Shown: positions 18,813-27,959, counted from the first letter of the stretch. The stretch: DNA of 55,592 nt from Actinomycetota bacterium (GCA_018821365.1 JAHJML010000129.1:1-55592), one strand, 5' to 3'. Notes: generated by a model not told the origin, from the sequence alone. Made by a program: numbers and translations.

Positions 18813-19904
18813 GTGCTCGATCTCGCCGCCATCGAGTCTGCGGTCGGGGCGGTCTTCGACCCCGACCTGCGCAGGACCCTCGCCGAACTCGACATGATCG
18901 ATGGGATATCGGCCACCGCCAAGCGGACGATCCGGGTCGATGTCGCCATGCCGGCGCCCGGGTGGCTGCAGGAGCAGGGCGGCCGGGCGATCGCAGACGC
19001 CGTCAAGGGCATCGGGAGCGTCTCCAAGGTCGACATCGAGACCACCACCATGAGCGATGATCGCCGCGATGCGATGCTGGCCCGGATTCGGGAGGGCCGT
19101 CCCGAACGGCCGGGTGGAATCGGGTCGCGCACCAGGGTCATCTCGGTTGCCAGCGGCAAGGGTGGCGTCGGCAAGTCCTCGGTGACCGCCAACACCGCGG
19201 TGGCGTTGACCCGCCTCGGGCACGACACCGCCATCCTCGACGCCGACGTGTGGGGATTCTCGATCCCCAGGATGCTCGGTATCGAGGAGCCGCCGGCTGC
19301 CGTCGGCGAGTCGATGATCATCGCCCCCGCCGCCCATGGGGTGCGGGCCATGTCGATGGACTTCTTCGTCCCGACCGATCGGGCGGTGGTCTGGAGGGGG
19401 CCGATGCTCCACAAGGCACTCGAGCAGTTCCTCGGCGATGTCTACTGGGACGAGCCCGACTTCCTCCTGATCGACATGCCGCCCGGCACCGGTGACGTGG
19501 CGATCTCGCTGTCGCAGTTCCTGCCCCGCTCCCAGACCGTGGTGGTGACGACCCCGCAGCCGACCGCCCAGCGGGTAGCCAGGAGGGCGGCGCTGATGGC
19601 GAGCGAGGTGGATCAGGAGATCATCGGCATCGTCGAGAACATGTCGTGGTTCACCGGCGACGACGGCACCCGTTATCCGATCTTCGGTGAGGGCGGGGGA
19701 GCGGCGCTCGCTGCCGACCTCGGCGTGCCGCTGCTCGGAACCATCCCGCTGCTGCCCGCCCTGCGGGAGGGGGCCGATCGGGGGGAGCCGGTCGCCATTG
19801 CAGCGCCCGATTCGGAGGCCGCTGCCGCCTTCGAGGAGATCGCAGCCAGGATCGTCGAAGCCAGGCCCAGGGTGCGGAGCCACCCCGAACTGGTGATCTC
19901 CTGA
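18813..19904 (+). CDS. Mrp/ApbC/SalA-family P-loop ATPase with N-terminal DUF59-like domain
   Basis: This is the C-terminal part of ORF 18093..19904. GTG start at 18813 lies 5 nt after AAGGAG (a GTG at 18807 is an alternative). Deviant Walker A SGKGGVGKS. IVENMS block present. No cysteine anywhere in the protein. Confidence 0.85.
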   Translation: MLDLAAIESAVGAVFDPDLRRTLAELDMIDGISATAKRTIRVDVAMPAPGWLQEQGGRAIADAVKGIGSVSKVDIETTTMSDDRRDAMLARIREGRPERPGGIGSRTRVISVASGKGGVGKSSVTANTAVALTRLGHDTAILDADVWGFSIPRMLGIEEPPAAVGESMIIAPAAHGVRAMSMDFFVPTDRAVVWRGPMLHKALEQFLGDVYWDEPDFLLIDMPPGTGDVAISLSQFLPRSQTVVVTTPQPTAQRVARRAALMASEVDQEIIGIVENMSWFTGDDGTRYPIFGEGGGAALAADLGVPLLGTIPLLPALREGADRGEPVAIAAPDSEAAAAFEEIAARIVEARPRVRSHPELVIS

Positions 19905-19948
19905 CCGGGCGGGGCTACGATCCGCGCTCCAACGAATGAAGGAGCACT

Positions 19949-20176
19949 GTGCGGGTTCGCATTGGACTGAGCATGGCCCCCCGTGAGGTCGAAGTCGACG
20001 TCGACGACGGCGAGGCACTGGCTGCCGAGATCGAACGAGCCATCTCCGAGGGCCAGGCGCTGGTTCGGGTGACCGACCGCAGCGGGGTCCAGCATGGCCT
20101 CGTCACCGACAAGATCGCTTTCTTCGAACTCGAGCCGAAAGGCCCCAAGGCCGGGATCGGGTTCTCGACCGCCTGA
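19949..20176 (+). CDS. DUF3107 family protein
   Basis: 75 aa, MRVRIGLSMAPREVEVDV...VTDRSGVQHGLVTDKIAFFEL, matching the actinobacterial DUF3107 pattern. GAAGGAG lies upstream of the GTG start. Confidence 0.8.
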   Translation: MRVRIGLSMAPREVEVDVDDGEALAAEIERAISEGQALVRVTDRSGVQHGLVTDKIAFFELEPKGPKAGIGFSTA

Positions 20177-20194
20177 CCGATCCGGGACGCGAGA

Positions 20195-20230
20195 GAGGCT
20201 CGCCCGGTGGCGAGCCTCGTCGTTTTCGTC
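20195..20230 (+). terminator. Intrinsic terminator-like hairpin after the DUF3107 gene
   Basis: 10-bp stem GAGGCTCGCC / GGCGAGCCTC with loop CGGT, followed by GTCGTTTTCGTC. Confidence 0.6.
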
Positions 20231-20241
20231 AGCCGGTGTGG

Positions 20242-20508
20242 TCAGGAGGCGCGGCGCCGCCGTTCGGCGAGCCAACGCTTGCGAAGCCGGCGCCGCTCGT
20301 CCTCGGCGTATCCGCCCCACACTCCGGCCTCCTGGTTCGTCTCCAGGGCGTAGTTGAGGCACTCCTCTCGCACGGAGCACTGCAGGCAGATGGCCTTGGC
20401 GACCTCGATCTGATCGAGGGCGGGCCCGGTGCTCCCGATGGGGAAGAAGAGATTGGGCTCCGAGTCGCGGCACATGGCGAGCTCTCGCCAGTCGGTGATG
20501 GTCAGCAT
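20242..20508 (-). CDS. whiB: WhiB-family [4Fe-4S] transcriptional regulator (WhiB1/WhiB2-like)
   Basis: 88 aa with four Cys (C...CLQCSVREEC), a GVWGG turn and a basic C-terminal tail. Confidence 0.9.
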   Translation of the reverse strand: MLTITDWRELAMCRDSEPNLFFPIGSTGPALDQIEVAKAICLQCSVREECLNYALETNQEAGVWGGYAEDERRRLRKRWLAERRRRAS

Positions 20509-20545
20509 GGGTGTTCGTTCGTCCTCAGGTGGTGTCTTCGGGGAA

Positions 20546-20561
20546 TGTGATTTTGTTCACA
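20546..20561. promoter_or_regulatory. CRP/FNR-family operator-like palindrome TGTGA-N6-TCACA upstream of whiB
   Basis: The exact consensus half-sites TGTGAttttgtTCACA lie 38-53 nt upstream of the whiB start codon. Confidence 0.55.
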
Positions 20562-20708
20562 AGCCGCGATGACCAAAGATAGGCCCCCCGGGGCGTGCGG
20601 TCAAGGGGTTTCTTCGATCGATTGGAACCGGTTCCGATCGTCCCTTCCCGGCGTGGCCGGGTGGTCGGCGTGGGTACCCTCTCTGGTGACGAGGAGGCGG
20701 AGGGAATC

Positions 20709-21170
20709 ATGGCGATCAAGGATGAGATGGCGGCGGAGTTGCGCGACGCCCTCAAGACGGGTGACAAGGCCAGAGCAGCCGTCATCCGGCAGGTCGAAAC
20801 CGAGGTGAGCCGGGCCAAGAGCGAACCCGGATTCTCCGGCGCGATCGACGACGGGCTGTACGTCAGGGTGATCGGGTCCTACACCAAGAAGATGGCCAAG
20901 GCCCGCGAGGAGTACCTGGGCTACGGCGAGAAGGGAGCATCGCGAGCCGACGCCCTCGGCTTCGAAATCGACTACCTGAGCCGTTGGATGCCCTCCGTGA
21001 TCGGCGAGGCGGAGACCCGTGCCATCGTGGAGGCGGCGATCGCCGAACTCGCCGTCGAGGACCCCAAGATGGCCGGCCGGGTGGTGGGTCACATCATGAA
21101 GTCGGGGACCGAAGGCATCGACGGGGGCCTCGTCAACCGGATCGTGCGGGAGGTGCTGGGGGTGGAGTGA
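20709..21170 (+). CDS. GatB/YqeY domain-containing protein
   Basis: ORF 20595..21170 trimmed to MAIKDEMAAELRDALK (ATG 20709 after GGAGGG). The YqeY-like pattern (LKxGDKxR...IRxV) is present. Confidence 0.8.
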   Translation: MAIKDEMAAELRDALKTGDKARAAVIRQVETEVSRAKSEPGFSGAIDDGLYVRVIGSYTKKMAKAREEYLGYGEKGASRADALGFEIDYLSRWMPSVIGEAETRAIVEAAIAELAVEDPKMAGRVVGHIMKSGTEGIDGGLVNRIVREVLGVE

Positions 21171-21288
21171 TGCTCCCGGCCCGGCGGCCGGTGCCCGCCT
21201 CCTCCGTCGATGCGTCCTCCGGCCACCGCCGATCGATCTGCCCCCGACGCCACGGAACCCCTGACCCGCCGGCGCGGGAGGACCGCCG

Positions 21289-21900
21289 GTGAGCGCCTGG
21301 GACGAGTGGCGGGAGGAGACCTTCGGGACCCCCTACCTGGTGTGGCACGACGGGATCGATCCGGGACGGTTTGGCTCGCTGCCGCCGGAGGCGCGGCAAC
21401 GAGTGCTGGCCCTGCTCCCCGCCGGGATCGGCGCCGGGGATTGGCTGGCCGCCGTTGGGTTGCGGATGCTGGGGGCCGTCGATCTGGTTCCCCTGCTGGA
21501 GGAGACACTGGCGCAGGCGGGCGGCCGCCTGGCGGTCGAGGCCGCCCGGGCCGTCATCGCCCTGGGAGGCGACCGGGAGCGAGCGACGGCGGCCGTGCTG
21601 CGGGCGAGGTTCGACCCCGCCTGGTCGGAGCGGATGGCGGTCGTGATCGGGATGCGGCACATCGGAGGCGATGAGATGGTGGCGGCACTCCTCGAGCAGG
21701 TAGCGGAGGATTCCGACTACCTGGTCCGCTACCACGCCGCCGAGTCGCTGCTGCATCTGGGCAGTGTCGAACCCACCTCGATCAGCGAACACCGCGAGAT
21801 CTTCGACGAGCTGTCGGCAGATTCCGATGGTGATGGCGCCGCCGAGGCTCGGGAGCGCCATCGCAAGGCGGCTGCCGCCCTGGCGGCCCTGGTGCGCTAA
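21289..21900 (+). CDS. HEAT-repeat-like hypothetical protein
   Basis: 203 aa. GTG start after GGGAGGA. Helical repeats include EDSDYLVRYHAAESLLHLG (PBS-lyase/HEAT-like). Confidence 0.5.
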   Translation: MSAWDEWREETFGTPYLVWHDGIDPGRFGSLPPEARQRVLALLPAGIGAGDWLAAVGLRMLGAVDLVPLLEETLAQAGGRLAVEAARAVIALGGDRERATAAVLRARFDPAWSERMAVVIGMRHIGGDEMVAALLEQVAEDSDYLVRYHAAESLLHLGSVEPTSISEHREIFDELSADSDGDGAAEARERHRKAAAALAALVR

Positions 21901-22685
21901 CCGGCCTTGCGCCGGGCCTTGGTGGCTTCGACGCTCGCCTTGAGCGCCTCCATCAGATCGACCACCCCGGTGGGCTGGGGCGACCCGGTCGAGACGATCT
22001 CCTCGCCCTCCGCCTTGCGTCTGGCCAACTCCTCGACGGCCGCCCGGGACTCGTCGACCCACTCGCCGGGGTCGAAGGGGGCGGTGAGGTTGTCGATGAT
22101 CATCTCGGCCATCCGGATCTCGTCGTCCCTCACCTCGATCTCCCCGGCGAGCTCCTCGAAGGCCGGTTCGCGGATCTCGTCGGGCCAGAACATGGTCTCG
22201 AGGACGATGACCTCGCCGTCGGTGCGCAGCGTGGCGGGGTATTCCCGCCCCCGCATCGCCACCCGGGCGAGGCCCACCATGCCTTTGTCGTGGAGCGCCC
22301 TGACCATGATGCGGTACGCCTTGGCTCCCGTCTTCTCGGGGGCCAGGTAGTAGGACTTCTGGTAGTAGATCGGGTCGATCTCCTCATCCCGGACGAACTG
22401 GACCACGTCGACTGCTCCGGCGGTGCCGGAACGGAGTGCCGCCTGCAGCTCGTCGTCGGAGAAGACGACGTAGCGGCCCTTGTCGATCTCGTAGCCCTTG
22501 ACGATCTCGCCGGCCGCCACTTCGGCGCCGTCGGTCTCGGCGACCTTGCGATAGCGAATCCGGCTGCCGTCGCTCTTGCGAAGTTGGTTGAAGGTGGGGC
22601 GCTTCTCCTCCGTCGCCGAGTACAGGCCGACGGGAATGGTCACGAGACCGAAGGAGATGGCTCCCTTCCAGATGGGGCGTGGCAT
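21897..22685 (-). CDS. ku: Ku protein (non-homologous end joining)
   Basis: MPRPIWKGAISFGLVTIPVGLYSATE is the canonical bacterial Ku N terminus. 262 aa with a basic C-terminal tail. Confidence 0.92.
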   Translation of the reverse strand: MPRPIWKGAISFGLVTIPVGLYSATEEKRPTFNQLRKSDGSRIRYRKVAETDGAEVAAGEIVKGYEIDKGRYVVFSDDELQAALRSGTAGAVDVVQFVRDEEIDPIYYQKSYYLAPEKTGAKAYRIMVRALHDKGMVGLARVAMRGREYPATLRTDGEVIVLETMFWPDEIREPAFEELAGEIEVRDDEIRMAEMIIDNLTAPFDPGEWVDESRAAVEELARRKAEGEEIVSTGSPQPTGVVDLMEALKASVEATKARRKAG

Positions 22686-22774
22686 GGCGCTCCGGGTCGG
22701 GTGGGTGCCGCATCATACGGGCCGGTGTCGAGTTGTGGGTGGACTAGCGTGGCGCCACCCCGAGGGAGCGCCCC

Positions 22775-23551
22775 GTGCCGTTCGACCCACTTCCACCGGC
22801 AGCCGACCCCGGTGCGCCGAGGCTCGATCGGCGCACCGTCGTCGTCCTGCTGACGGCGGTCGTCCTGCTGATCGTCTTCGAGTACTGGGGCCTGGCCGAC
22901 TGGTTCCGCACGTCGATGTGGCACGAGCGGGTGGCCGGGTGGCTGGGGGACGGATACCGCCCCTACTTCGATCTGCTGCCCTACCAGTACTGGGGGGTGG
23001 CGTCGCTGCTGATCCGGGTGCTGATCCCCTTCGGGGTGGTCGCCTTCGTGTTGCGGGAGCCGCTGCGGGAGTGGGGTTGGAGGGTCAAGCCGCATTGGAG
23101 GGATGTCAAGCCCTACGTCCTGTTCCTGGCGGCGATGATCCCGATCGTCACCGTGATGTCGCTGATGGGGTCGTTCCAGGCCAAGTACCCCTTCTACGAG
23201 GGGGCGGTGGCGGGCGGATGGCACTTCTGGGGCTACCAACTGCTGTACGGGCTCCAGTTCCTCGGAGTGGAGGCGTTCTTCCGGGGCTTCGTCCTCTTCG
23301 GGTTGGAGCGCCGCTTCGGGTGGTATGCGATCGGCATCTCGACGATCCCCTACGTGATGATCCACTTCGGCAAGCCGATGCCCGAGACCTTCGCCGCCAT
23401 CGTCGCCGGGTGCCTGCTGGGGTGGATGGCGCTGCGCACCCGGTCGTTCCTGTGGGGGGTGGCCCTCCACTGGTCGGTGGCGCTGCTGATGGACATCACC
23501 GTCATGAGCCGGGAGATCGGCCTGGTGAGGATTCTGGGCCGGATCTTCTAG
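22775..23551 (+). CDS. CPBP-family intramembrane glutamic endopeptidase (CAAX protease-like)
   Basis: Multi-TM protein with motifs GVEAFFRGF (EExxxR-like), MIHF and ALHWSVALLMD. Confidence 0.7.
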   Translation: MPFDPLPPAADPGAPRLDRRTVVVLLTAVVLLIVFEYWGLADWFRTSMWHERVAGWLGDGYRPYFDLLPYQYWGVASLLIRVLIPFGVVAFVLREPLREWGWRVKPHWRDVKPYVLFLAAMIPIVTVMSLMGSFQAKYPFYEGAVAGGWHFWGYQLLYGLQFLGVEAFFRGFVLFGLERRFGWYAIGISTIPYVMIHFGKPMPETFAAIVAGCLLGWMALRTRSFLWGVALHWSVALLMDITVMSREIGLVRILGRIF

Positions 23552-23561
23552 GCGAATCAAT

Positions 23562-23590
23562 GCGGGGCCGTCCCACCGGGACGGCCCCGC
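23562..23590. terminator. Strong GC hairpin between the CPBP gene and the tRNA 3' end (bidirectional terminator candidate)
   Basis: 13-nt arms GCGGGGCCGTCCC / GGGACGGCCCCGC with a 3-nt loop. There is no clear U-tract. Confidence 0.55.
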
Positions 23591-23593
23591 ACG

Positions 23594-23665
23594 CGCCCCC
23601 GGCAGGATTCGAACCTGCGCTCCCGGCTCCGGAGGCCGGCGCTCTCTCCCCTGAGCTACGAGGGC
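23594..23665 (-). tRNA. tRNA-Arg (anticodon CCG)
   Basis: The reverse complement GCCCTCGTAGCTCAGGGGAGAGAGCGCCGGCCTCCGGAGCCGGGAGCGCAGGTTCGAATCCTGCCGGGGGCG folds by hand into a cloverleaf. It has a 7-bp acceptor stem, anticodon loop CTCCGGA and T-loop TTCGAAT. CCA is not encoded. Confidence 0.9.
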
Positions 23666-23732
23666 AATCGTGGCGATCGTATCACGGTGCCGCCGGGACG
23701 CTCCGGCGGTACCATGCCCCGCATCCCGTGAG

Positions 23733-25418
23733 GTGAACGTGCCGGCTCCTGCCTATCCCGAGACCATCCGCGACGCCATCTCCCACGCGCTCGGTTCGCT
23801 CTACGGCGATGGATCACTCCCCTCCGATCCCGCAGAATGGCAGTTCGTGGTGGAGCGCCCCCGCGATCGCACCCACGGCGACTGGGCCACCAACGCCGCC
23901 CTGGTCGGCGCCGGGCGCGCCGGGATGTCTCCCCGCCACCTGGCCGCCCTGCTGGTCGAGCACCTACCCGAGGTGCCGTTCCTCGTCTCGGCCGAGATCG
24001 CCGGTCCCGGGTTCGTCAACTTCACCCTGTCCGGCGACTGGTACCTGGAGGTGCTGAGGCGGGCCGCAACGGAAGGGCCCGACCATGCCCGCACCGACGA
24101 TGGGGCCGGCGAGCGGATCCAGGTGGAGTTCGTGTCGGTCAACCCCAACGGCCCTCTCCACATCGGCCATGCCCGGGGCGGGGTGGTCGGCGACGTGATC
24201 GCCCGCCTGCTCGGCTACGTAGGCCACCCGGTGCAGCGGGAGTACTACTACAACGACGCCGGGGCCCAGATGACCCGGTACGCCGCCAGCCTCGACGCCG
24301 CCTACCGGCGCGCCCTGGGCGAGAACGCCGAGATCCCCGAGGACGGATACCACGGCGAGTACGTGACCGAGTGGGGCGCCGAACTGGCGGCAGAACGCGG
24401 CGACGCCCTGGCGGTTCTCCCGGAGGGCGACCGCCTCGCCGAAGTGCTGGCGTGGGGATTGGCGAGGGCGATGGGGGACATCGAGGAGACCCTGGCGATG
24501 GTCCGCATCCCCTTCGACGCCTGGTTCAGCGAGCAGACCCTGCACGATCGCGGCGAGGTGGACGAGGCGCTACGGCGGCTGGAGGCGGCCGGGTACCTGT
24601 ACCGGGAGGAGGGCGCCACGTGGTTCCGCTCTTCGGCCTTCGGGGACGAGAAGGACCGGGTGGTGGTCACCTCCGACGGCCGGTACACGTACATCGTCCC
24701 CGACATCGCCTACCACCTCGATAAGTTCGAGCGGGGCTTCGACCGCGTCATCAACATCTGGGGTGCCGACCACCACGGCTACATCCCACGGCTGAAGGCG
24801 TCTCTGGAGGCGCTCGGCTTCGACCCGGGCCGCCTCGAGATCGTCATCACCCAACTGGTCAACATCGCCCGCGCCGGCGAGCCGGTCCGCATGTCGACCC
24901 GGGCCGGGGAGTTCATCACCTTCCGCGAGGTGGTGGACGAGGTGGGCGCCGATGCCGTGCGTTACTTCCTGGCCGCCTACAGCCCGGATACCCCGATCAC
25001 GTTCGACCTGGACGAAGCCAAGCGGCAGAGCATGGACAACCCCGTCTACTACCTCCAGTACGCCCACGCCCGGATGAGGAGCCTGGAGGACTACGCAGCC
25101 GGGCAGGGGGTGCGGCGCCTACCCCTTGCCGACACCGATCTCTCCCTTCTGGTGCACCCCGCCGAGATCGAGGTGCTCAAGCAATGCGACCGCCTCCGGG
25201 AGGAGGTCAGGGAAGCGGCGCTGCGGAGGGCGCCCCATCGCATCACCGCTTACGGCTACGACGTGGCCACCGCCTTCCATCGCTTCTACACGGATTGCCG
25301 CATCGTCACCGACGACGAAGCGCTCACCCACGCCCGCCTCTGGCTGGTGGAGGCCGCCAAGAGCGTGATGCTGGCCACCCTCGGACTGCTGGGGATCACC
25401 GCCCCGGACCGCATGTGA
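23733..25418 (+). CDS. argS: Arginine--tRNA ligase
   Basis: ORF 23670..25418. N-terminal Arg-tRNA-binding-like region, a class I HIGH-type motif (NPNGPLHIGHARG), and the C-terminal DALR anticodon-binding region. The start is uncertain (GTG 23733 or 23739); 23670 would abut the tRNA. Confidence 0.9.
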   Translation: MNVPAPAYPETIRDAISHALGSLYGDGSLPSDPAEWQFVVERPRDRTHGDWATNAALVGAGRAGMSPRHLAALLVEHLPEVPFLVSAEIAGPGFVNFTLSGDWYLEVLRRAATEGPDHARTDDGAGERIQVEFVSVNPNGPLHIGHARGGVVGDVIARLLGYVGHPVQREYYYNDAGAQMTRYAASLDAAYRRALGENAEIPEDGYHGEYVTEWGAELAAERGDALAVLPEGDRLAEVLAWGLARAMGDIEETLAMVRIPFDAWFSEQTLHDRGEVDEALRRLEAAGYLYREEGATWFRSSAFGDEKDRVVVTSDGRYTYIVPDIAYHLDKFERGFDRVINIWGADHHGYIPRLKASLEALGFDPGRLEIVITQLVNIARAGEPVRMSTRAGEFITFREVVDEVGADAVRYFLAAYSPDTPITFDLDEAKRQSMDNPVYYLQYAHARMRSLEDYAAGQGVRRLPLADTDLSLLVHPAEIEVLKQCDRLREEVREAALRRAPHRITAYGYDVATAFHRFYTDCRIVTDDEALTHARLWLVEAAKSVMLATLGLLGITAPDRM

Positions 25419-25492
25419 TGGCGTGGGAAGCGTGGCGGAGCCGTTCATCTCCTTCCAGTCCTGACAATGGCCCGACGCCCTACCATCCGGCC

Positions 25493-26776
25493 ATGACCGT
25501 TGGCATCGGCATTGCGGGAGCGGGCACCATCGGGGGCGCCCTGGTGCGGAGGCTCATCGACGAGCGCGCCGCGGTGGTGGCCAAGACCGGCCTCGACCTC
25601 GAGGTGCGGGCGGTGGCGGTCGGCGACCTCGCCAAACCCCGCCCCTTCACCGTTCCCGACGGGGTGATGACCGACCGCCCCCTCGACCTGATCGACGATC
25701 CCAGGATCGACCTGATCGTCGAACTGATCGGCGGCACCGGAATCGCCGGCGATCTCGTGATGGGAGCCCTGCGGGCCGGCAAGCCGGTGGTGACCGCCAA
25801 CAAGGAACTGGTGGCGGCCCGGGGACCGGCGCTCTGGGCGGCCGCCGAGGCCGCCGGCGCCGACCTCCTCTTCGAGGCGGCGGTCGGCGGGGGGATCCCG
25901 ATCATCCGGCCGTTGTCGGAGACCCTCGCCGGCGAGCGGATCGTCCGGGTGCTCGGGATCGTCAACGGGACCACCAACTACATCCTCTCCCGCATGGCAG
26001 ACGACGGCGCCACCTATGCCGATGCGCTGGCCGCCGCCCAGGGCCTCGGGTACGCCGAGCCGGATCCGACGGCGGACGTGTCGGGAGCCGACGCCACCTC
26101 CAAGGCCACCATCCTCGCCGGACTCGCCTTCGGGGCCTGGATCGACAGTGCCGCCGTCCACCGGGAGGGCATCGAGGGCATCCGCCGCGCCGACATCGGC
26201 TTCGCCGCCGACCTCGGCTACGTCATCAAGTTGCTGGCGGTGGCCGAACGGACCGCCGATGGCGTCAGCGTCAGGGTCCATCCGGCGATGGTCCCGGTGA
26301 GGCACCCGCTGGCATCGATCCGGGGTGCCACCAACGCGGTGTTCATCGAGGGCGGGGCGGTCGGCGAACTGCTGCTGGCAGGGCCGGGGGCCGGACGCGG
26401 CCCGACGACGACGGCGGTGCTCGGGGATGTCATCGACGCCGCCCGGGGCGTGCTCGCCCATGCCCGGGTGACGCCCCGGATCAAGATCGAACCGGCCGAT
26501 GCCGCCGACTTCGGGTCCATCGCCACCAAGTGGTACATCCGCCTCGAAGTCGAGGATCGGCCCGGAGTGCTGGCAGCCATCGCGGCGGCATTCGGCGATC
26601 ACGGCGTCAGCATCAAGTCGGTGCGGCAGGAAGGCAGGGGCGATCGGGCCACCGTCCTCGTCGTCACCCATCGCGCCCCCGAGGCTCGCCAGCGCGCCGC
26701 GGTGGCCGCCATCGCCGGCCTCGACGTGGTCGCCGAGGTCGGCGCCGTCTTCCGGGTCGAGAGCGACGAAGCGTGA
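25493..26776 (+). CDS. hom: Homoserine dehydrogenase
   Basis: ORF 25184..26776 trimmed to [15 protein letters not shown] (Rossmann GxGxxG). It has a catalytic domain and a C-terminal ACT domain. Confidence 0.92.
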   Translation: MTVGIGIAGAGTIGGALVRRLIDERAAVVAKTGLDLEVRAVAVGDLAKPRPFTVPDGVMTDRPLDLIDDPRIDLIVELIGGTGIAGDLVMGALRAGKPVVTANKELVAARGPALWAAAEAAGADLLFEAAVGGGIPIIRPLSETLAGERIVRVLGIVNGTTNYILSRMADDGATYADALAAAQGLGYAEPDPTADVSGADATSKATILAGLAFGAWIDSAAVHREGIEGIRRADIGFAADLGYVIKLLAVAERTADGVSVRVHPAMVPVRHPLASIRGATNAVFIEGGAVGELLLAGPGAGRGPTTTAVLGDVIDAARGVLAHARVTPRIKIEPADAADFGSIATKWYIRLEVEDRPGVLAAIAAAFGDHGVSIKSVRQEGRGDRATVLVVTHRAPEARQRAAVAAIAGLDVVAEVGAVFRVESDEA

Positions 26777-27798
26777 CCGCCTGGCCCGGCGTCATCGAGG
26801 CCTACCGCGACCGGCTGCCGGTGTCGGAGGCGACCCCGGTGATCACCCTCCTGGAGGGGGCGACCCCGCTGATCCCTGCCCCACATCTCTCCGAACTGGT
26901 GGGGAGGCCGGTCCTGCTGAAGTACGAAGGTGTCAACCCCACTGGGTCGTTCAAGGACCGGGGGATGACGCTGGCCGTCTCCAAGGCCGTCGAGGAGGGG
27001 GCCACCGCCGTCGCCTGCGCCAGCACCGGCAACACCTCGGCGTCGGCGGCCGCCTACGCGGCGAGGGCGGGGATCGAATGCCTGGTGGTCCTCCCGGCGG
27101 GCAATGTGGCGCTGGGCAAGCTGGCGCAGGCGATCCGCCACGGCGCCAGGGTGGTGGCCGTCGACGGCTCGTTCGACGACGCCCTCGAACTGGTGAGGAA
27201 GGTGACCGTCGAGCGCCCCATCGTGCTGGTCAATTCCATCAACCCGTACCGGATCGTCGGCCAGCAGTCCGGCGCCTGGGAGGTGCTCGACGCACTCGGG
27301 GAGGCGCCGGCGGTCCATGCCCTCCCGGTCGGCAATGCCGGCAACATCACGGCCTACTGGAGGGGCTACGGCATCGCGGATTCCCCACCGGCCATGTGGG
27401 GGTTCCAGGCGGCCGGGGCCGCCCCCTTGGTGCACGGTGCCCCGGTGGCGAGACCCGAGACGGTGGCCACCGCCATCCGGATCGGCTCGCCGGCTTCCTG
27501 GGCCGGAGCGGTGGCCGCCCGGGACGAGTCGGGGGGGAGGATCGAGGCCGTCACCGACGACGAGATCCTGTCCGCCTACCGCCTGCTGGCCGCCCGGGAG
27601 GGGGTGTTCGCCGAGCCGGCCTCGGCGGCGTCGGTGGCCGGTGTGCTCAAGTACCAGGCCGATCTGCCCGATGGAGTGGTCGTCTGCACCCTCACGGGGC
27701 ACGGGCTCAAGGACCCCGACACGGCGATGCGCAGCGTGCCGCCCCCCGGCCCGATTCCGCCGACGATGACGGCATTGGCCGCCCACCTCGGCTGGTAG
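26773..27798 (+). CDS. thrC: Threonine synthase
   Basis: GTG at 26773 overlaps the hom stop (GTGA). PLP motif [10 protein letters not shown]. 341 aa. Confidence 0.92.
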   Translation: MTAWPGVIEAYRDRLPVSEATPVITLLEGATPLIPAPHLSELVGRPVLLKYEGVNPTGSFKDRGMTLAVSKAVEEGATAVACASTGNTSASAAAYAARAGIECLVVLPAGNVALGKLAQAIRHGARVVAVDGSFDDALELVRKVTVERPIVLVNSINPYRIVGQQSGAWEVLDALGEAPAVHALPVGNAGNITAYWRGYGIADSPPAMWGFQAAGAAPLVHGAPVARPETVATAIRIGSPASWAGAVAARDESGGRIEAVTDDEILSAYRLLAAREGVFAEPASAASVAGVLKYQADLPDGVVVCTLTGHGLKDPDTAMRSVPPPGPIPPTMTALAAHLGW

Positions 27799-27833
27799 CA
27801 GCCGGCCCGATGCGGTCCGATGGGGTGGCGGCC

Positions 27834-27862
27834 TTGGCTCACCCGCCGGGAACGTCTACAAT
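27834..27862 (+). promoter_or_regulatory. Sigma-A-like promoter candidate upstream of tal (TTGGCT-17 nt-TACAAT)
   Basis: The -35 element TTGGCT (27834-27839) and -10 element TACAAT (27857-27862) are separated by a 17-nt spacer. The site lies about 100 nt upstream of the tal start. Confidence 0.4.
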
Positions 27863-27959
27863 GCCTGCGGTCGGACTCCCGGTCCGGCATTCCCAGCGGA
27901 AACCCGTCCCTCGTGGTGCCTGTCGGTCATCACCTGGACTTTCCCCATTGGAGGCACCG

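Noticed and set aside
21897-23665. Genomic island integrated at the tRNA-Arg 3' end (Ku, CPBP protease, HEAT-like gene).
   Set aside because: There is no integrase, excisionase or transposase and no direct repeat of the tRNA 3' end. There is no obvious compositional shift. These genes are plausible core or accessory chromosomal genes.
27799-27959. Possible riboswitch or attenuator in the thrC-tal spacer.
   Set aside because: I recognised no conserved riboswitch core or leader peptide with Thr/Ile codon runs. The most parsimonious reading is an ordinary promoter plus a 5' UTR of about 90 nt.
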